In this document: positions 59,501 through 64,000 of the stretch, piece after piece
Position numbering within the stretch: the first letter of the stretch is position 1
How the letters are laid out: each line of letters opens with the position of its first letter
Assembly (NCBI GenBank): GCA_007694905.1
Contig: REEU01000144.1
Location: 65,638-129,637, forward strand
Length of the DNA: 64,000 nucleotides
Source: Gammaproteobacteria bacterium
GTDB lineage: Bacteria; Pseudomonadota; Gammaproteobacteria; Pseudomonadales; Azotimanducaceae
Direction of reading: 5' to 3'
Program-made: the position numbers and the translations under genes
Notes under the pieces: model-generated
What the model was told of the DNA's origin: nothing
The model's input: the letters and a program-made list of their open reading frames with translations, nothing else
The model's database searches: none

Positions 59501-61578
59501 TCCGGCCGATAGCGGTCGTGGACCTCGATGATCGGCTCGAAGCGTTCTCCGGAGCGGCGCGCGGCCAGCACCTGCTCGCGCATGCCGGGTTCGATCCAGC
59601 CGAGCCAGTACTCCAGCGGGTTCCCGGAAATGCGAACGTCGAAGTGCTCGGGCCAGCGGGCCCAGCGCCAGGCCGCGGTGCGGTAGAACGGCATCACGAA
59701 TCCGGGTACGAAGGACGCATCCTCGTAGAGGATCTCTTCCATCTCGAATGCCAGGGCGCGCATCTCTTCGGCGCTTTCCGAGGCTCGATAGCGCTCGATG
59801 AGCGCGTCGAGTTCCCGGTTGGCGATGAGCTGCAGATTGTTGGTCTGTGCCTTGGGGCGCCGGTCCGGATTCGGCGAACCATCCGCCAGGAAGGCGCGAT
59901 CATAGGCATTGACCGAGTGGTAGGTCTCCCAGAAGCGGGGGTACATTTCAGGGCCGACGTTGAAGGCCACGAACTGAATGTCGTGCTGCTTCTCCTGGAC
60001 CTTCTTCCAGGCGGCCGTGCCATCGAGGACTTCCACCCGGAACAAGAGCCCCGCCTGCAGGGCTTCCCGTTGCATGATGGTGAGGATGTCTTGCAGGTTC
60101 TCGTAGCCGGTGGTCAACGTGAAGGCGAGCCGCTGACCGCGATCGTTGACGAGGACGCCTTCGCTGTCCCGCTCGGTGAACCCGGCGCGGGCAAACGCTT
60201 CCAGCGCCTTGTCGACGTCGAAGTCGCGGGCGCGGATCTCGGGATGGGTGAACTCACCGTAACCGTCGGACGTGGTGCGCATGCGCGTGTAATCGCCGCG
60301 GAAGTACTCGCGCAGCACCCGTTCCCAGTTGCTCGCGTAATGAATGCCTTTGCGGATGTCCCGGTTGTCCAGCAGCGGCCGCGAGGAGTTCATCCAGAAG
60401 CCGAACGTGGGCCGCGGACGTTCGTTGTAGAACGTGTATTTTGCGATCAGGCCTCTGGCCACGAGATCGTCGTCATCGGGCAGACGGTCGTAGTAGTAGT
60501 CAGGCAGATTGAGACCGAAGCCATCGACCTCGCCGGCACGAAAGGACTCGAAATGCTTGGCGGTGTCGCGGATGACGCTGAAGTGGACACGGTCATAATT
60601 GAAGCGATAACGCCAGAACGGGAGATCCTTCGCCCACCAGTCTGGATTGCGTGTCAGCGCGATACTGCGGCCGCGACGGACGTCCTCGTCACGCACCACA
60701 TAGGCACCGCTGGTGGGGACGAAGCGCCACTGGTAGCGGTCGACGAAGTCGGGGCCGAATTCATCGAAGAAGTGCGCTGGCAGGGGTTCGAGATTGAGCA
60801 CCCTGCCAAGCATGTCCGGTTTTGCCTCCGGCAGGGTCACCGAGAAGGTCAGGTCGTCGTAGCGCACGGCGCGCACATAGTTACGGCTGTAGAAATTGTT
60901 GGACCAGGGCGCGCTGATCCACTCGCTCTGATAAAAGTAGAACATGAACATCAGGTCGTCGGCGGTGATGCGCTGGCCGTCGGACCAGCGTGCCGCCGGA
61001 TTGATGCGAACGTAGACGGTACGGGTCTCTTTGTCCTCTGACCAGGCTTCGGCAATGCCGGGGAAGTAACGGAAGTTGCCATCGACGATGGAGATATCCT
61101 CGGGATGCCGCTGGCCGAAGCCCATGACCACGGTGTCGAGAATGAAGGGCCGGAAAGAGCTGTTGGCGTCGGGGCCGACCCGACGCAGGGTGCGCGGGTA
61201 GTCCTGCACCGCGGTGTACCAGGTGCCGCCCTTTTTCGCGTCGGGTGAAGCGAACTCGGGCAGGTCCGAGCCGTCTTCCCAGACCAGATCGTCGGGCAGA
61301 TCGTCGGGTGTTGCGAACACGAAGAAGGGTTCGAGTTCGCCGGCTGCGGCCATGGCGTCGATCTCGTCCTCGGTCACCTCGCCGCGCTCGAAGGCCTCAC
61401 GGAGATCCGGCGGCAGACTGGGCTGGGTGGCGTAATGCCGCTCCATGGCTGCAATGGCCTTTGCGCGTCGCTCTTCGAGCGCAGCGCTGTCCAGGGCGTC
61501 CCGGTCTCCGCTGCCGCATCCGACCAGTAACAGCGCCATGAATGGAAGCAGAAAGGCGGCTCTCGAAAGCTTGGACAT
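59497..61578 (-). CDS. Family 5 extracellular solute-binding lipoprotein (YejA-like)
   Basis: 693 aa with lipobox LLVGC and the size and pattern of a peptide/microcin-type SBP. Confidence 0.85.
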   Translation of the reverse strand: MSKLSRAAFLLPFMALLLVGCGSGDRDALDSAALEERRAKAIAAMERHYATQPSLPPDLREAFERGEVTEDEIDAMAAAGELEPFFVFATPDDLPDDLVWEDGSDLPEFASPDAKKGGTWYTAVQDYPRTLRRVGPDANSSFRPFILDTVVMGFGQRHPEDISIVDGNFRYFPGIAEAWSEDKETRTVYVRINPAARWSDGQRITADDLMFMFYFYQSEWISAPWSNNFYSRNYVRAVRYDDLTFSVTLPEAKPDMLGRVLNLEPLPAHFFDEFGPDFVDRYQWRFVPTSGAYVVRDEDVRRGRSIALTRNPDWWAKDLPFWRYRFNYDRVHFSVIRDTAKHFESFRAGEVDGFGLNLPDYYYDRLPDDDDLVARGLIAKYTFYNERPRPTFGFWMNSSRPLLDNRDIRKGIHYASNWERVLREYFRGDYTRMRTTSDGYGEFTHPEIRARDFDVDKALEAFARAGFTERDSEGVLVNDRGQRLAFTLTTGYENLQDILTIMQREALQAGLLFRVEVLDGTAAWKKVQEKQHDIQFVAFNVGPEMYPRFWETYHSVNAYDRAFLADGSPNPDRRPKAQTNNLQLIANRELDALIERYRASESAEEMRALAFEMEEILYEDASFVPGFVMPFYRTAAWRWARWPEHFDVRISGNPLEYWLGWIEPGMREQVLAARRSGERFEPIIEVHDRYRPE

Positions 61579-61590
61579 TGCGGATCCTCG

Positions 61591-62664
61591 TTACTTGTAG
61601 AGGGTGAACTGGCGCGGGTCGAAGGCCTCCCGCACCGCTTCGCCGATGAAGGTCACCAGCAGCAGAATCACCACCAGTGCAGCAAAAGCGGACGAGACGA
61701 TCCAGGGCGCGGTGGTGAGGTTGGCCGTCCCCTGTTTCAGCATTTCGCCGATGCTCGGCGTCGGTGGCGGCAGTCCGAAACCGAGAAAGTCCAGCGCCGT
61801 GATGGCGGTGATGGCGCCAACCACCGTGAAGGGCACGAAGGTCACCATGGTCGCCACGGTATTGGGCAGAATGTGGCGGAAGATGATGCGCGAGGTGCCC
61901 GCACCGAGCACCTGTGCAGCCGCAGCATAATCCCGCGACTTTTCCTTGTAGGTGGCGGTGCGCATGTAGTAAGTCAGACCCGTCCACGAGAACAGTACCA
62001 TGATGGCCAGCAGGATACCGATGCGTGCGCCGACGCTGAAGGTGGCGGGAATCACCGAGAAGATGATGATTACCATGTAAAGGAAGGGCACGTTGGACCA
62101 GATCTCGATCACGCGCTGAAAGAGAAGATCGAACAGTCCCCCGAAGTAGCCCATGGCGCAGCCGATGGCCACCCCGATCAGATAGGTCAGGGCGGTGAAT
62201 GCCAGGGCGAAGAGCATGGCAGTGCGGAATCCGTAGACCAGACGGGCGAGAATGTCGCGGCCCGTGGTGTCCGTGCCCAGGTAATGGCCGCGTTCGAAGT
62301 TGGGCGCCTCGGCACGCAGAATGCCCCCGACCGCATCGTTGTAGTAGGGGCCCCAGGGAATCAGGGGCATGATCACCCGGTCGCCGGCACCGGCGGCATC
62401 GAAATGTTCCTTCAGTCGTCGGTAGTCCACCGGTCGGCGGCCGTCGGTGCCCTCCAGTCCATAGACCGAACCGAGCTCCACCGGTCCGTAGGTGGGAAAG
62501 CTCCACTCGCCCTGGTAACGCACGGCCAGGGCGCGATCGTTGATGATCAGCTCCGACACTGCAGACAGCCCCAGCAACCCGATCAGGATCAGAAAGGAGA
62601 AGTAGCCCCGGCGGATCTCGCGGAACCGCTTCAGCTTGCGCAGGGTGAGTGGATTCAGGCGCAT
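61591..62664 (-). CDS. yejE: ABC transporter permease, YejE-like
   Basis: 357 aa. The N-terminal RFREIRRGYFSFLILIGLLGLSAVSELIINDRALAVRYQGEWSFP parallels E. coli YejE. Confidence 0.8.
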   Translation of the reverse strand: MRLNPLTLRKLKRFREIRRGYFSFLILIGLLGLSAVSELIINDRALAVRYQGEWSFPTYGPVELGSVYGLEGTDGRRPVDYRRLKEHFDAAGAGDRVIMPLIPWGPYYNDAVGGILRAEAPNFERGHYLGTDTTGRDILARLVYGFRTAMLFALAFTALTYLIGVAIGCAMGYFGGLFDLLFQRVIEIWSNVPFLYMVIIIFSVIPATFSVGARIGILLAIMVLFSWTGLTYYMRTATYKEKSRDYAAAAQVLGAGTSRIIFRHILPNTVATMVTFVPFTVVGAITAITALDFLGFGLPPPTPSIGEMLKQGTANLTTAPWIVSSAFAALVVILLLVTFIGEAVREAFDPRQFTLYK

Positions 62665-62665
62665 G

Positions 62666-63685
62666 TCACTGGAACCGGATCCGGGGATCGACCAGGGCCA
62701 CCAGCAGGTCGGAGAGGATGTTGCCGATCAGCAGCAGCAGGCTGGCGAGGAGCACCACGCCCATGACCACCGGGTAATCGCGATCGAAGATGGAATTCAG
62801 GCCCAGCAGGCCGAAGCCGTCGATGTCGAATATGGTCTCGATGAGGAAGGAGCCGCTCACCAGCAGCGTGATGTTCTGGCCGAACGTGGTGGCGATGGGA
62901 ATCAGGGAGTTGCGCAGGGCATGACCGTAGACGGCACCCTCGAAAGAGACGCCCTTGGCCAACGCAGTGCGCACGTAATCTGCTGCCAGGTTGTCCATCA
63001 GGTTGTTCTTCATCAGCAGCGTGGTGACCGCGAAGCTGCCCACCAGGTAACAGATCAGCGGCAGGGTGGCGTGGTGTAAGAGATCCTTGGTCTTGCCCCA
63101 GAAGGACAGTTCGTCGAAGTGCAGGCTGGTGAAGCCGCCCATGGGAAACCACTGCACTTCGGCGGCGAAGAACAGCAGCAACAGAGCGCCGAGAACGTAT
63201 CCGGGTACCGCGTAGCCGGTGAAGATGATGATGGAGGTCACATTGTCGATGAAGGTCCGGTGCCTGATGGCCTTCACGACGCCGAGCGGTATACACACCA
63301 GATAGGTGATGACGAGGCTCGTGAGGCCAAAGAACAGGGACACCGGGAAGCGCTCCCGGATCACGTCCCAGACCGGCTGATGGTAGCGATAGGACTGGCC
63401 GAGATCACCACGCACGACCTTTCCGAGCCAGTCCACGTAGCTCAGGTACCAGGGCTTGTCGAAACCGTAGTACTCGGCCAGCTGCTGAATCTGGGCTTCG
63501 GAGAGCGCCATGCCCTCACCGGCGGCGGGGGCGGCCCCGGAGGCCAGCGCGGACTGCTGGGCCTCCATCAGCGCCCGCTCCAGCGGCCCGCCCGGAACGA
63601 GACGGGTGACCGCGAACACCAGCAGGGTGATGCCGATCAGCGTGGGGATGACCAGCAGTAAACGTCGAAAGAAGTAATCGCGCAT
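62666..63685 (-). CDS. yejB: ABC transporter permease, YejB-like
   Basis: 339 aa. RRLLLVIPTLIGITLLVF, the YGFDKPW insertion and the C-terminal SDLLVALVDPRIRFQ parallel E. coli YejB. Confidence 0.8.
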   Translation of the reverse strand: MRDYFFRRLLLVIPTLIGITLLVFAVTRLVPGGPLERALMEAQQSALASGAAPAAGEGMALSEAQIQQLAEYYGFDKPWYLSYVDWLGKVVRGDLGQSYRYHQPVWDVIRERFPVSLFFGLTSLVITYLVCIPLGVVKAIRHRTFIDNVTSIIIFTGYAVPGYVLGALLLLFFAAEVQWFPMGGFTSLHFDELSFWGKTKDLLHHATLPLICYLVGSFAVTTLLMKNNLMDNLAADYVRTALAKGVSFEGAVYGHALRNSLIPIATTFGQNITLLVSGSFLIETIFDIDGFGLLGLNSIFDRDYPVVMGVVLLASLLLLIGNILSDLLVALVDPRIRFQ

Positions 63686-63783
63686 CCGGATCCGGCCGCG
63701 GGAGCGACCGGATGTCGCTCATGGAACACGGACGCTATTTGATCACACGCCTCGGACGTGGGCAAAACCTAGCGCGATTCGAG

Positions 63784-64000
63784 CTACAGGGTGAGTTTCC
63801 GCAGGTTGGGGTCGGTCAGCGAGCGGTCGTGAAGGCGGGTGAAGACGTCCCCGAACTGGCGTGTGAGAGGGGCGTCATGGCGATTGGCAAAGCCCCGCTC
63901 GGTGTCGTACTGAGGCTGGACTACGAGCCCGGTACGGTCAGCGAGTACGAAATTCTCCGATCGATCCCGCATGTCCGGGTGCACCACCCGGATCGTGATG
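63784..64000 (-). CDS. 3' end of an unidentified CDS; the gene continues past the right edge
   Basis: An open frame to the window edge ends ...SLTDPNLRKLTL. I recognise no motif. Confidence 0.4.
   Translation of the reverse strand, partial: ITIRVVHPDMRDRSENFVLADRTGLVVQPQYDTERGFANRHDAPLTRQFGDVFTRLHDRSLTDPNLRKLTL

Overview
This is a GC-rich, densely coded chromosomal segment. Its gene content looks gammaproteobacterial (NfuA, RimO, CysB, ThrH, YejB/YejE-like permeases, MetH, PrpBCD). All family calls come from motifs I recognise in the supplied translations; no database search was run. I support about 58 CDS, one tRNA-Leu(UAA), one truncated glycosyltransferase pseudogene and a few regulatory or structural DNA elements. 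I found no rRNA, CRISPR array, transposase, integrase or phage genes.

Most of the window is housekeeping:
- Sulfur assimilation: cysB, an Fe-S type cysH, and cysI with a DUF934 gene.
- Other core metabolism: metH, a DAHP synthase, pabB, gabD, and the methylcitrate operon with a GntR-family regulator and twin palindromic operators.
- Transport: a Yej-like peptide ABC importer and a TAXI-TRAP transporter.

The less ordinary parts are:
1. 16.0-24.0 kb: an envelope-glycolipid locus with two sulfotransferases, a kinase-fold protein and a metallophosphoesterase. It lies next to LpxL-like and ELM1-like genes and a lower-GC scar holding a truncated GT2.
2. 40.8-45.8 kb: a neighbourhood combining a small membrane ORF, a TerB-like gene and a helical-protein gene with a tightly coupled VWA / J-domain membrane protein / carotenoid-oxygenase operon.
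3. 2.8-8.3 kb: a TAXI-TRAP transporter translationally coupled to a lipoprotein Ntn-acylase.
4. 54.5-57.4 kb: an RraA-like gene and an 797 aa patatin-like protein appended to the prp operon.
5. About 34.1 kb: a canonical intrinsic terminator and a coupled uORF inside the DAHP-synthase leader.
6. About 57.4 kb: a very AT-rich nested palindrome at a convergent gene junction.

None of these is a proven new system. They are ranked hypotheses, each with a stated test. Many long ORFs in the track are antisense shadows typical of high-GC DNA and were rejected.
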